The notes under the pieces: model-generated
Told to the model about the DNA's origin: nothing
Seen by the model: only the letters and a program-made list of their open reading frames with translations
Database searches by the model: none
Translations under genes and position numbers: made by a program
Assembly: GCA_964628985.1 (NCBI GenBank)
Contig: CAZVNJ010000004.1
Span: 23,628-87,627, forward strand
Reading direction: 5' to 3'
Length of the DNA: 64,000 nt
Source of the DNA: an uncultured Dehalococcoides sp.
Lineage (GTDB): Bacteria > Chloroflexota > Dehalococcoidia > UBA2979
In this document: one piece after another, positions 1 to 9,118 of the stretch
Position numbering within the stretch: the stretch's first letter is position 1
How the letters are laid out: each line of letters begins with the position of its first letter

Positions 1-543
1 GCGGAAGCGCGGGCCCTCGGTGTAAATCACGGGCAACTTCGGGCGGCCGGTGCGGATGTACCACGGGCCGGCCTGTTCGGTCGCCGCCGCGATCACGGCC
101 TCCGCCTCGACGACGTCCGATGGCACCACGACCGTGAAGTTCACCAGCGAGGAGAAGAGCGCGAAGTCTTCCACGGACTGGGCGGAGGCGCCGTCTTCGC
201 CAGTCGAGACGCCGCCGTGCGAGGCGACCACCTTCACATTCAGCCGCGGCTGTGCCACGGACATCCGTAGTTGGTCGAACGCGTGCTCCGCGAAGACCGC
301 GAAGGTGGTGGCGAACACAGTGCTGCCGAGGGTGGCGAGACCCGCCGCCGCGGAGACCATGTTCTGCTCGGCCACTCCGAAGGTGAAGAAGCGGTCCGGG
401 TACGCATCCTTGAACGCCCGTGCCGAGGTGGACTTTCCGAGGTCAGCGTCCACCACCACGATGTCTGCGCCGGCCTGCTGCAGGCGGATGAGGGCGGGGC
501 CCAGGGCCTCGCGCGTCGCGGCGGGTGCGGGGGCGATGGTCAT
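1..543 (-). CDS. Transketolase C-terminal-section subunit; only the N-terminal ~180 aa lie in the window, and the gene runs past the window start
   Basis: Minus-strand frame from ATG at 543 reads MTIAPAPAATREALGPALIRLQQAGADIVVVDADLGKSTS..FGVAEQNMVSAAAGLA. ATGA start/stop overlap with the upstream subunit gene. Confidence 0.85.
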   Translation of the reverse strand, partial: MTIAPAPAATREALGPALIRLQQAGADIVVVDADLGKSTSARAFKDAYPDRFFTFGVAEQNMVSAAAGLATLGSTVFATTFAVFAEHAFDQLRMSVAQPRLNVKVVASHGGVSTGEDGASAQSVEDFALFSSLVNFTVVVPSDVVEAEAVIAAATEQAGPWYIRTGRPKLPVIYTEGPRFR

Positions 544-1379
544 CGTGCCGCCTCCGGGTCCGCGAGTTCGACCATCGCCTGGGCATACTGCTCGTCCGAC
601 GGTGGCGCGCCGTGGAAGTTCGGGTTGTTCTCCATGAAGGAGACTCCCTTCCCCTTCACGGTGTCGAAGATCACGCAGGCAGGCTTGCCGCGGACTGACG
701 TCGCCCAGCGCAGGGCCTCATCGATCGCCTCGAAGTTGTGTCCGTCGATGCCGGCGCGCACTTCCCAGCCAAAGGCTCGGTACTTCTCGTCGAGCGGCTC
801 GGTGCGCATCGTATTCACGGTGAAGTCGTCGTTCTGGATGCCGTTGCGGTCGATGATCGCGATGAGCCCGTCGATCTCGTGGTGCGCGGCTGCCATCGCG
901 GCCTCCCACACCTGGCCTTCGTCCTGTTCGCCGTCTCCCATCAGCACGAAGACGCGGTTGTCCATGCCGCGCAGGCGCATGCCGAGGCGGATGCCGAGGC
1001 CGAACGAGAGCCCCATGCCGAGCGCACCTGCGGAGTTCTCGACGCCACCCGGCTTGCCGAGCACAGAGTGCCCCTGCAGGCGACCGCCCTTGCGGCGGAA
1101 GGTTGCGAGTTCCTCGACGGGGAAGTAGCCGGATTCTGCGAGGATGGCGTACTGGGCTGGCGTGCAGTGGCCCTTGCTCATGATGAAGCGATCCCGCCCA
1201 GGCCATGCTGGATCTTCAGGATGATGTCGCATGAAGCGCGTGTACAACACGGCCATGATGTCGATCGCGGACATCGAGCCGCCGATGTGGCCCGACTTGG
1301 CGCTGTACACCATGTCGACGATGTGCCGGCGGAGACGCCGAGTGAGCGTCCCCAGTTCGGTCGAAGTTGAGGTGACCAT
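540..1379 (-). CDS. Transketolase N-terminal-section (TPP-binding) subunit
   Basis: 279-aa ORF with SGHIGGSMS, MSKGH and LMGDGEQDEGQVWEA motifs typical of a split transketolase. Confidence 0.9.
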   Translation of the reverse strand: MVTSTSTELGTLTRRLRRHIVDMVYSAKSGHIGGSMSAIDIMAVLYTRFMRHHPEDPAWPGRDRFIMSKGHCTPAQYAILAESGYFPVEELATFRRKGGRLQGHSVLGKPGGVENSAGALGMGLSFGLGIRLGMRLRGMDNRVFVLMGDGEQDEGQVWEAAMAAAHHEIDGLIAIIDRNGIQNDDFTVNTMRTEPLDEKYRAFGWEVRAGIDGHNFEAIDEALRWATSVRGKPACVIFDTVKGKGVSFMENNPNFHGAPPSDEQYAQAMVELADPEAAR

Positions 1380-1496
1380 CGGAATCCCGCCCCCCGGTTG
1401 GCGATCAAGCCGAGTATATGGAGGGAGGCAAAACCGGTCGAATCCGCGCCGAATCTCGAGATGCTGCTATGACGAGGCGGTATGGGTTCCTGAAGG

Positions 1497-1679
1497 CTAT
1501 GCGGAGCAGGCCGAGAAGCCGCAGATTGGGCAGAGGCTGCATCCCTCGCCGAAGACCAACGGTCCCGCGCAGTGAGGGCAGCGAGGGCCCATCGCGGGAC
1601 GGGCGCGGCGGATCCGGCGCCCGGTATGAGTCGTCGAGACCGCGACTGAGCTGGCCAACGCAGAATGGTTGAGAGTCAT
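1497..1679 (-). CDS. 60-aa Cys-rich microprotein (putative zinc ribbon), SOS-box controlled
   Basis: ORF MTLNHS..CPHCAGPLVFGEGCSLCPICGFSACSA. GAGGTGAT Shine-Dalgarno 5 nt before the ATG, with a near-consensus promoter and two LexA-type boxes upstream. No family recognised. Confidence 0.5.
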   Translation of the reverse strand: MTLNHSALASSVAVSTTHTGRRIRRARPAMGPRCPHCAGPLVFGEGCSLCPICGFSACSA

Positions 1680-1713
1680 CGGATCACCTCAGATGTGTGG
1701 GCACCCGGCCTGC

Positions 1714-1725
1714 GAACACCCGTTC
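1714..1725 (-). promoter_or_regulatory. LexA/SOS box (GAACacccGTTC), promoter-proximal operator
   Basis: Perfect GAAC-N4-GTTC palindrome about 9 nt downstream of the predicted -10 element and 35 nt upstream of ATG 1679. Confidence 0.6.
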
Positions 1726-1733
1726 TGCAACCG

Positions 1734-1763
1734 AGGTTAGATAAGAACAAGCGTTCTTGTCAA
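1734..1763 (-). promoter_or_regulatory. Sigma-70-type promoter TTGACA-N18-TAACCT
   Basis: Minus strand reads TTGACAagaacgcttgttcttatcTAACCT. It has a consensus -35 and a TAnnnT -10. Confidence 0.5.
1745..1756 (-). promoter_or_regulatory. LexA/SOS box (GAACaagcGTTC), operator inside the promoter spacer
   Basis: Perfect palindrome AAGAACaagcGTTCTT lying between the -35 and -10 elements. Confidence 0.6.
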
Positions 1764-1785
1764 TCTCAGGGCGGCAGTGCCGCGG

Positions 1786-3030
1786 CTAGAGCGCCCGTAT
1801 CCGTCTGGAGCCGCCTGCCGCGACCGCCACGAGGAGGGCCATGAAGCCGCCGGCCGCGAGTGCCCATGTGGTGCCGGCGACCTCCGCGATGCCGCCGAGG
1901 ATGACCGGTCCCAGCCATCCGAACCCGATGGCCGTGATCCAGAGGCCGATCACCCGCCCGCGCACCTCGTCCGGCACGCTCGCCTGAAGGAGCGCCCACT
2001 GCAGGGCATCGAACATCGCGGCCATCGCACCGACCGCGACCATGAGGCCGACAGACAGGATGAAGCGATCAGAGACCGCGAGCCCCAGGAGGCTCAGCGC
2101 AAACACCATCGTCACGCCCGCAAGCAGAGGGCCTCGTGGCACCGTCCCAATCAGTTGGGTGAGGGCGAGGGCCCCCAGCACCCCGCCCAGGCTCGCGCCG
2201 AACGTGAGCACGCCGAGGCCGGCCGCACCCACCTCGAGCACTCGGTCGGCCAGGGCAGGCGTAAGTGCCTGGTAGGAGAATGCGAACACTTCGATCACCA
2301 CCGCGAGCAGCAGCAGCGTCATCACCGTCGGGATCCGCACCGCGATACGCAACCCCTCGACGGCATCGCCCCAGAGCGATCGCCGCTCGGGTCCGCCTAC
2401 GCCGGCGGCGGCAGCCACGTGCAGCGTCGCGTAGGACGCGGCTCCGAGCGCGGACATCGAGGCGGCGATCAGGAAGACAAGGCCGGGTCCGAACGCCTGC
2501 AGCGCGAATCCCGCGGCGGCAGACGCAATCAGCACCACGAAGCGCGATCCGGACGCGTGCAGGCTGATCGCCGCGGCCATTCGGTCCCGGCCCACGATGT
2601 CACCGATGAGGGCCTGCACCGTCGGCTGCTCGCTCGTGCGTGCAATGGCGCCGATGGCCACCACAACGAGGACCGGCCAGGCAGCATCCAGCCCTGCGAA
2701 ACCGAACACTGCCAGCACGCACATCAGCAGCGCCTTGGCGCTGGCGGTGACAAGCAGGATGCGCGGGCGCGGAAAGCGGTCTGCCACCGCGCCGCCGAAC
2801 GGACCGAGGAACATGCTTGGCGCTGACCGCGCGGCGAACGAGAGTGCGGCGAGGAAGACCGATCCGCTGGTGTCGAGTACGAACCAGCCGACGGCAAGGC
2901 GTTCCGTCCAGGTCCCGAAGGTGTCCAGGTACGTACCGGCGCAGAGCCGGCGGAACGCCGGGTCGCGAAGCGCGTCCCAGGCTCGCGCACGCTGTCCCGG
3001 CTGTGGCCCGGCTGCAGTTGATTCGGTCAT
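1786..3030 (-). CDS. MFS transporter
   Basis: 414-aa ORF that is hydrophobic throughout with about 12 predicted TM segments. Typical MFS N-terminus (FRRLCAGTYLDTFGTW). Confidence 0.8.
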   Translation of the reverse strand: MTESTAAGPQPGQRARAWDALRDPAFRRLCAGTYLDTFGTWTERLAVGWFVLDTSGSVFLAALSFAARSAPSMFLGPFGGAVADRFPRPRILLVTASAKALLMCVLAVFGFAGLDAAWPVLVVVAIGAIARTSEQPTVQALIGDIVGRDRMAAAISLHASGSRFVVLIASAAAGFALQAFGPGLVFLIAASMSALGAASYATLHVAAAAGVGGPERRSLWGDAVEGLRIAVRIPTVMTLLLLAVVIEVFAFSYQALTPALADRVLEVGAAGLGVLTFGASLGGVLGALALTQLIGTVPRGPLLAGVTMVFALSLLGLAVSDRFILSVGLMVAVGAMAAMFDALQWALLQASVPDEVRGRVIGLWITAIGFGWLGPVILGGIAEVAGTTWALAAGGFMALLVAVAAGGSRRIRAL

Positions 3031-3086
3031 CGCGGGACTGTAGCGGGACTGTAGGCCGTGCCCAGACGTCAGCGCGGCGTCATGCG

Positions 3087-3515
3087 TCAGGCGGGCTCGG
3101 CGACGAACAGCGGGATCACGCGGGTGGTCTTCGTCTGGTACTCGGCGTAGTTCGGGAACGCCGCCACGGCGAGCGCCCAGAGCCGAGCGCGCTCGGCCGG
3201 GTCGGTGACGAGGCGTGCGCGCATCTCCTGCACGCGTTCGCCATCGCGGACAGTGATCTCTGGGTGCGCAAGGAGGTTGTAGTACCAGACCGGGTGCTTC
3301 GGCGCCCCCCCGATCGAGGCGACAAGGACGTACCGGTCACCGTCGACGACGCGCATCAGCGGCGTCTTCCGGATGGCTCCCGAGTGCCGGCCGGTGTGCG
3401 TGACGAGCACCACGGCGAGGTCGCGCAGGGTCATACCCTCACGGCCGTTGCTGGACTCGATCCGCTCCACCTGCTTGCGGACCCACTCAGTGGGGCTCGG
3501 CTGGTACTCGGGCAC
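3087..3515 (-). CDS. Deazaflavin (F420)-dependent nitroreductase family protein (DDN/PNPOx-like)
   Basis: VLVTHTGRHSGAIRKTPLMRVVDGDRYVLVASIGGAPKHPVWYYNLLAHP motif block. GTG start at 3515 is preceded by AGGAGG, and the longer ORF to 3749 is judged a GC-driven extension. Confidence 0.75.
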   Translation of the reverse strand: MPEYQPSPTEWVRKQVERIESSNGREGMTLRDLAVVLVTHTGRHSGAIRKTPLMRVVDGDRYVLVASIGGAPKHPVWYYNLLAHPEITVRDGERVQEMRARLVTDPAERARLWALAVAAFPNYAEYQTKTTRVIPLFVAEPA

Positions 3516-3558
3516 GTGCGCCTCCTGCTGCAGATCCAGCGTAGCCCTCCCGCCAGCC

Positions 3559-4209
3559 CTACCAGCGCACGGCGCCCACCCCGAGGGCGCCCACCGCTGC
3601 AGCATTCGAAGCCTCTGCCACCACCGAGGCGACCCTGGAGTCGTCGAGTCGGGCTCCCGGAGTCCCCGCACCAGCGTCGATGATGACGCCTGCACCCCCG
3701 CTCGAGGCGACACCCAGGGCGGCCTCGCCCACGGCCTCCGAGGAGACAATCACCTGCGCTCCGCTTGCGACAGCGGCGGCGATCGTGGCCTCGTCGTCCG
3801 TCTCCACGCCCCAGGCACGCACCGTCCGGGACTCCGCGAGCGCATCCAGCACTGCGCGCTGCCCCGCATCCGGGACGTGGTTGAACAGCGCCACGTCCAG
3901 GTACCCGTCATCACTCACCCGTGCCGCTGCCGCGCGGAGTTGCGCCTCCAGGGTCGAGTCCGGCGCAGGCCGCTCGATGCGCGAGACCACCACCAGCCGC
4001 GGACGCTCGCTCGCGGTCACGCGCCCGATGATCGCTTCCACGCCGCCTTCGTGTTCGCGAGCGTCGACGAGCAGCAGCGTGATCCCCTGCGCTAGCGCCG
4101 CACCGAGTGTGGCGCCGGCCGCGGCCTCATCGAGGCCCTCGAGGGCGCGCATCGCTAGGCCAACCTCGGAGACCATCCACTCGGTACTGCCCAGCCGCCG
4201 ATAGCGCAT
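3559..4209 (-). CDS. Divergent short aldo/keto-reductase-like protein
   Basis: N-terminus MRYRRLGSTEWMVSEVGLA resembles the AKR start, but the protein is only ~216 aa and catalytic motifs are not evident. GGAGG lies before ATG 4209. Confidence 0.45.
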   Translation of the reverse strand: MRYRRLGSTEWMVSEVGLAMRALEGLDEAAAGATLGAALAQGITLLLVDAREHEGGVEAIIGRVTASERPRLVVVSRIERPAPDSTLEAQLRAAAARVSDDGYLDVALFNHVPDAGQRAVLDALAESRTVRAWGVETDDEATIAAAVASGAQVIVSSEAVGEAALGVASSGGAGVIIDAGAGTPGARLDDSRVASVVAEASNAAAVGALGVGAVRW

Positions 4210-4271
4210 CACGACCTCCACGCGTGCAGACTCGGCTGCCCGCCGCGCTACGATGCGGCCCGGAGGCCCTC

Positions 4272-4460
4272 GTGTCCAACGCGATCCGGACGATCCTCAG
4301 CGCCGTGTTCGTCGTGGGCCTCGGCTACGGCGCATACCTGTATTTCCTGCGTCCCGCGCAATTCCGTCGATGGCGCGGGAGGTTGATGCTCGTCGGCTAC
4401 GCGTATGTCATATCGATCCTGATCTCCGCCGCGATCCGCCTGCTGGGCTGGGGCACCTGA
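4272..4460 (+). CDS. Small membrane protein (62 aa, 2 TM)
   Basis: GTG at 4272 after GGAGG. Sequence VSNAIRTILSAVFVVGLGYGAYLYF..MLVGYAYVISILISAAIRLLGWGT. The upstream part of the 117-aa ORF is Arg/Pro-rich and unlikely to be coding. Confidence 0.5.
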   Translation: MSNAIRTILSAVFVVGLGYGAYLYFLRPAQFRRWRGRLMLVGYAYVISILISAAIRLLGWGT

Positions 4461-4474
4461 GCGGAGGCTCCGTC

Positions 4475-5611
4475 GTGCGCATCCTTGTCGCCCCGCAGGA
4501 GTTCAAGGGATCGCTGACGGCTGCGCAGGCCGCCACGACGATCGCGCGCGGCCTGCGGCTGGGAGGACGCGGGGCGGGTGTCCCGATCGAGATTGACCTG
4601 CTGCCGTTTGCTGATGGCGGACCGGGCACGGCGGCGATCGTCTCGCAGGTGCTGGGGGGGCGCGCCGTCAGCGTGACGGTGCCTGGGCCGCTTGGGACCT
4701 CCGTCGAGGCTGAGTACGCCCTCGTCCCCGGCGCCGGCGACGCCAGCCGCTCCCTGGCAGTCATCGACAGTGCGGCCGCGTGTGGTCTGGTACTCGTGCC
4801 GGAAGCCGCCCGTGACCCGCTGCGCGGGTCCAGTGCCGGCGTCGGCGCACTCGTCCTCGACGCCGTCCAACGAGGGGCGCGACGCGTGGTGCTTGGCGTG
4901 GGCGGCACGGCCACCAACGACGGTGGGGCCGGCGTGGCGCAGGCGCTCGGGCTGCGTCTGCTGGACGCGGCGGGTGACTCGCTCCCGGCCGGCGCAACTC
5001 ACCTTGCACGGCTGGCGCGGGTTCAGCGCGGCGCACCGTTGCCTCCTCTGGAGCTGCGGATTGCCGTGGATGTCCGCAATCCGCTGCTCGGCCCGGAGGG
5101 CGCGACTGCCGTGTACGGGGCGCAGAAGGGCGTGCGGGACTGGCAGGCGCCCGCGCTCGAAGGGGCACTGGCGCGGTGGGCGGAACGGCTGCGCCTGGAC
5201 CTCGGCCTCGATCTGGCCTCCGTCGCCGGGGCTGGTGCCGGGGGCGGCCTCCCCTGTGGCCTCCTGGCGGCGGTTCCAGGCGCCAGCATCGAACCTGGCG
5301 CCGCGCTCGTCGGAGAGGTGGTGGGGCTCCGGGCGCGCATCGAGGCGTGCGATCTCGTAGTCACAGGGGAAGGGACGCTGGACGCCCAGACTGCATACGG
5401 CAAGGCGGTTGCGCATGTCGCCGCCGTTGCCTCCGAGTCCGGCCGTCCCTGCCTGGCGGTTGCCGGCCAGATTGAGGCGCGTCCGGCCTCGGTCGCGGAC
5501 GCGGAGGCGGCGACACCCGACCGCGCCGCCCGTGAAGCGACGCGGGACGACCCAGGCCCCACGGTGGAAGCTGCGGCAGCCCGGCTGATTCGGCGGTGGC
5601 TCGCCCGCTGA
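4475..5611 (+). CDS. Glycerate kinase
   Basis: VRILVAPQEFKGSLTAAQAA start typical of the glycerate kinase family, then GGTATNDGGAG and TGEGTLDAQTAYGK motifs. GTG 4475 is preceded by GGAGG. Confidence 0.8.
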   Translation: MRILVAPQEFKGSLTAAQAATTIARGLRLGGRGAGVPIEIDLLPFADGGPGTAAIVSQVLGGRAVSVTVPGPLGTSVEAEYALVPGAGDASRSLAVIDSAAACGLVLVPEAARDPLRGSSAGVGALVLDAVQRGARRVVLGVGGTATNDGGAGVAQALGLRLLDAAGDSLPAGATHLARLARVQRGAPLPPLELRIAVDVRNPLLGPEGATAVYGAQKGVRDWQAPALEGALARWAERLRLDLGLDLASVAGAGAGGGLPCGLLAAVPGASIEPGAALVGEVVGLRARIEACDLVVTGEGTLDAQTAYGKAVAHVAAVASESGRPCLAVAGQIEARPASVADAEAATPDRAAREATRDDPGPTVEAAAARLIRRWLAR

Positions 5612-5756
5612 CGGTGCACCACCGTTCGACCGTTCCTGTGTTGGCGATCCGCGTCACTGATCGCCGAATCCCGCCCCCACACTGGCCTTCCGCTGGGTAT
5701 CCTGAAAAAAGTGGCGGAAATTCTGGCCGATCGGGCTCTGATCCGCTGAAAGCCCC

Positions 5757-5785
5757 TTGACACTCTGCCCGCTCGGGTAAATGAT
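5757..5785 (+). promoter_or_regulatory. Candidate promoter TTGACA-N17-AATGAT upstream of hup
   Basis: ccTTGACActctgcccgctcgggtaAATGATg, about 75 nt upstream of ATG 5859. Confidence 0.4.
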
Positions 5786-5858
5786 GACCCGCGTAATCGC
5801 TTGAGCCGCGTCTGGTCCGAGTGGGCCGCAGCGGCGGGGAGTTCCTCGGAGGACCACG

Positions 5859-6164
5859 ATGACCAAGGGTGAGTTGGTGGCTCTGGTCGCCGCCCAGGCC
5901 GGTACCGGCAGTGGCGACACGGAGAAAGTCCTGGACGCCTTCCGTGACGTCATCCAGGCCAAGGTGAAGGCTGGCGACGACATCGCCTATCCAGGCCTCG
6001 GCAAGTTCAGCCGCGTGGCGCGGAAGGCGCGCATGGGGCGCAATCCGCAGACCGGCGAAGCCATCAAGGTGGCCGCGAGCAAGGCACCGAAGTTCACTGC
6101 CGCCGCCGGCCTGAAGGCCGTCGTAAACGGCGCACCGGCGCCGAAGTTGGCGAAGGCCAAGTAG
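5859..6164 (+). CDS. hup: HU family DNA-binding protein
   Basis: MTKGELV..GLGKFSRVARKARMGRNPQTGEAIKVAASKAPKFTA, the HU/IHF arm motif, with a short Ala/Lys/Pro tail. Confidence 0.9.
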   Translation: MTKGELVALVAAQAGTGSGDTEKVLDAFRDVIQAKVKAGDDIAYPGLGKFSRVARKARMGRNPQTGEAIKVAASKAPKFTAAAGLKAVVNGAPAPKLAKAK

Positions 6165-6188
6165 CCCCAGCAGGGGCCAGTCCCGCGA

Positions 6189-6260
6189 CCTCGACAAGCC
6201 GCACCACCCTCGGGTGGTGTCGAGGCCGCGCCACGAGAGCCACCCGCCCGGGTGGCTCTC
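6189..6260 (+). terminator. Two tandem GC-rich hairpins downstream of hup
   Basis: CCTCGACA..GCACCACCCtcgGGTGGTGTCGAGG, then GAGAGCCACCCgcccGGGTGGCTCTC. The trailing T-tract is weak. Confidence 0.5.
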
Positions 6261-6395
6261 GCTTCGTCCGGCTCCGGCCTGCCGTGCGGCAGCGTGGCGG
6301 CGATGCTGATGCGACGAGTGCAGACTGGTTATCAGGCGGCGCGAATGGCCGCGTGCTGTCAACGGCCACCTTGCTGATCAGGCCCTTTGGATTCG

Positions 6396-6424
6396 TTGAC
6401 ACTCACTACACCCGCGCCTACGCT
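6396..6424 (+). promoter_or_regulatory. Candidate nuo operon promoter TTGACA-N17-TACGCT
   Basis: cgTTGACActcactacacccgcgccTACGCTcc upstream of nuoA. Confidence 0.4.
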
Positions 6425-6501
6425 CCGAAATCGGTGGGTAGATGCCGTTCGCGGCACTGTTTTCATGCCTATCGACGGCGCGTTGGAAGGCCGACATCCC
6501 G

Positions 6502-6876
6502 GTGAACGAGGCCAACGCACTCTTCTCGAACTACCTCGCGGTCATCCTCGGTGTTGGCATCGGTTTTATTCTCGTCTTCACCGCGCTGATCGCCTCCCGG
6601 CTGCTGGCACCGTTCTCCCCCGGCCGTGACAAGGGCACGACCTACGAGTGCGGCATGCTGCCGCTGCGGCGCGCCTCCACCAATGTGGGCATGCGCTTCT
6701 ACCTGTACGCGATCCTCTTCGTCATCTTCGACGTCGAAGCCGTCTTCATCTTCCCGTGGGCCGTGTCCTTCATGGACGTCGGCGTCTTCGCCTACTGGCT
6801 CATGGTCCTGTTCATTGGCATCCTCGCACTCGGCCTTGGCTACGCGTGGAAGAAGGGGGCCCTCCAGTGGCGATGA
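6502..6876 (+). CDS. nuoA: NADH-quinone oxidoreductase subunit A
   Basis: TTYECGMLP and [14 protein letters not shown] motifs with 3 TM segments. The start is uncertain (GTG 6502 or ATG 6442). Confidence 0.85.
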   Translation: MNEANALFSNYLAVILGVGIGFILVFTALIASRLLAPFSPGRDKGTTYECGMLPLRRASTNVGMRFYLYAILFVIFDVEAVFIFPWAVSFMDVGVFAYWLMVLFIGILALGLGYAWKKGALQWR

Positions 6877-7484
6877 CCACCGCAACCCCGGACGCACCCG
6901 CGACGACGCCGGCGATCGAGCCGTCGCTGCCCGTCATCCCTGTCCTGCCGACGGAGCACCCGCTGGAGGCGCCGCGCCTCGCGCCGCTTGAGGTGGTGCC
7001 GGGCCGCGCGCTCTACAAGCAGATCCTCCCCGGCATCGTGCAGGCGCCGCTGGACCTGCTGCTCGCCGCCGGCCGCAAGTCGTCGCTCTGGCCCATGACC
7101 TTCGGACTCGCCTGCTGCGCCATCGAGATGATCGCGACCTACATGTCGCACTACGACCTTGACCGCTTCGGGATTGTGCCGTGGCCGTCGCCGCGCCAGA
7201 GCGATGTGATGATCGTCGCGGGCACCGTGACGAAGAAGATGGCCCCGGCCGTCAAACTGCTGTACGACCAGATGCCGAACCCCAAGTGGGTCATCTCGAT
7301 GGGCGCCTGCGCGACCAACGGCGGCCCCTACACCCGCTACGACCGCGTCTTGCAGGGCGTCGACAAGATCATTCCAGTCGACGTCTATGTGCCCGGGTGC
7401 CCCCCGCGGCCTGAGGCGCTGCTCGACTCGCTCCTCGCCCTCCAGGAACTCGTCATGGAGGAGCGCGGGAGCACGGGCCGATGA
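6873..7484 (+). CDS. nuoB: NADH-quinone oxidoreductase subunit B
   Basis: [20 protein letters not shown] and VPGCPPRPE Fe-S ligand motifs. ATGA overlap with nuoA, and a ~45-aa Pro-rich N-terminal extension. Confidence 0.9.
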   Translation: MTTATPDAPATTPAIEPSLPVIPVLPTEHPLEAPRLAPLEVVPGRALYKQILPGIVQAPLDLLLAAGRKSSLWPMTFGLACCAIEMIATYMSHYDLDRFGIVPWPSPRQSDVMIVAGTVTKKMAPAVKLLYDQMPNPKWVISMGACATNGGPYTRYDRVLQGVDKIIPVDVYVPGCPPRPEALLDSLLALQELVMEERGSTGR

Positions 7485-7993
7485 CGACACAGGACCTCAC
7501 CGGCACCATCTGGGCCGAAGTCGACCGCGCCCTTGCAGGCGTCACCGTCCGCGCGGAGCGAGGCGTGTTGGACGTCATCGTCTTCATCCCACGCGACGAG
7601 GTGATCCGCGGCCTGCGCGCCCTCAAGCGCGACCCGGGGCTGTCGTTCGACTACTTGCGCTGCCTCACGGCGGTGGACAACGAGGAGGAGGGGATGGACG
7701 TCGTCTATCACCTCTACTCGACCACCAAGAAGCACAACCTCACCGTGAAGACGACGCTGCCGAACGAGGATCTGACGGTGGACACGGCGACGTCGGTGTG
7801 GCGCGGCGCGAACTGGCTCGAACGGGAGACCGCCGAGATGTTCGGCATCCGCTTCCGCGGCCATCCGGACCCGCGCACGCTGCTGATGCCCGAGGACATG
7901 GACGACACCTTCCCGCTGCGCAAGTCGCACCCCCTCGCAGAGATCGAAGTGCTGCAGGGCGAGGGCATGGGCTACACCGAGGAGGACCGCTAG
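7481..7993 (+). CDS. nuoC: NADH-quinone oxidoreductase subunit C
   Basis: [21 protein letters not shown] motif and ATGA overlap with nuoB. Confidence 0.9.
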   Translation: MTTQDLTGTIWAEVDRALAGVTVRAERGVLDVIVFIPRDEVIRGLRALKRDPGLSFDYLRCLTAVDNEEEGMDVVYHLYSTTKKHNLTVKTTLPNEDLTVDTATSVWRGANWLERETAEMFGIRFRGHPDPRTLLMPEDMDDTFPLRKSHPLAEIEVLQGEGMGYTEEDR

Positions 7994-9118
7994 ATGGTCG
8001 CCTCACCGCAACACGAGTTCGAGACGCAGGACCTGCTGATCAACGTCGGACCCCAGCACCCGTCCACGCACGGCGTGTTCCGGATGGTGCTGACGATCGA
8101 CGGCGAAGTGGTCAAGGACGTCGTGCCGTACATCGGCTACCTCCACCGAGGCGCCGAGAAGCTCTGCGAGACGATGGACTTCCGCCAGGGCATCGGCTTC
8201 ATGGACCGCACGGAGTACCTCGCGGCCCACAACGCCGAACTGTCCTACGTCATGGCTGTTGAGGCGCTCGCTGGCCTCGAGGTCCCCGAGCGCGCGCAGT
8301 GGATCCGCACGATCCTCTGCGAGTTGAACCGGCTCTCCTCGCACTTCATGTTCCTCGGCGCCTTCGGCATCGACGTCGGCGTGTTCGGTACCCCATTCAT
8401 CTACGCGTGGCGCGAGCGCGAGGCGATCATCGACCTGTTCGAGGAGATCTCGGGCGACCGCATGATGTACGCCTACTTCCGCCCGGGCGGACTGGCGTGG
8501 GACGTGCCGCTCAACTTCAAGGAGCGCGTCCGCGAGGTGCTGAAGAGCACGAACCAGGGCATCAAGGACTTCGACGAACTGCTCACCCAGAACGAGATCT
8601 TCCGTGCCCGCACCGAGGGCATCGGGGTGATCTCCGCTGAGGACGCCATCGACTGGGGCATGTCTGGCCCGTCCATTCGTGCCTCTGGCGTACCGCTGGA
8701 TGTGCGCCGGGACGAGCCGTACCTGAAGTACGCCGACCTCGACTTCGACGTGATCACGGGCGAGCACGGAGACGTGTTCGACCGGTACTACTGCCGCCTG
8801 TTGGAGATGCGCGAGTCGGTGAAGATCATCGAGCAGTGCCTCCAGCGGTTGGAGCCGGGCATCATCGTGCCGGACAAGATGCCGCGCATGCTGCGCGCCG
8901 CCCCGGGTGAGATCTATGTCCGCACCGAGGCCCCGCGGGGCGAGTACGGCATCTACATGGTGAGCAAGGGCGGCAACCGGCCGTACCGCCTGAAGGTCCG
9001 CAGCGCTTGCCTTTCCAACCTCCAGGCGCTGAAGCAGATGTCCGTCGACCAGTACGTGGCCGACGCCATCATCGTGCTCGGCTCCATCGACATCGTGCTG
9101 AGCGAGGTTGACCGCTAG
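7994..9118 (+). CDS. nuoD: NADH-quinone oxidoreductase subunit D
   Basis: NVGPQHPSTHGVFR, GYLHRGAEKL and C-terminal GSIDIVLSEVDR motifs. Confidence 0.92.
   Translation: MVASPQHEFETQDLLINVGPQHPSTHGVFRMVLTIDGEVVKDVVPYIGYLHRGAEKLCETMDFRQGIGFMDRTEYLAAHNAELSYVMAVEALAGLEVPERAQWIRTILCELNRLSSHFMFLGAFGIDVGVFGTPFIYAWREREAIIDLFEEISGDRMMYAYFRPGGLAWDVPLNFKERVREVLKSTNQGIKDFDELLTQNEIFRARTEGIGVISAEDAIDWGMSGPSIRASGVPLDVRRDEPYLKYADLDFDVITGEHGDVFDRYYCRLLEMRESVKIIEQCLQRLEPGIIVPDKMPRMLRAAPGEIYVRTEAPRGEYGIYMVSKGGNRPYRLKVRSACLSNLQALKQMSVDQYVADAIIVLGSIDIVLSEVDR

Noticed and set aside
540-1379. Split transketolase (separate N- and C-terminal subunit genes) as something unusual.
   Set aside because: This is a well-known arrangement in many bacteria and archaea, and is not novel.
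3032-3053. Direct repeat GCGGGACTGTA x2 just upstream of the MFS gene start.
   Set aside because: There are only two 11-nt units and no supporting context, which is too little to interpret.
5361-6362. A 333-aa minus-strand ORF overlapping hup.
   Set aside because: It is antisense to a clear HU gene with its own promoter and terminator, and has no recognisable motifs.
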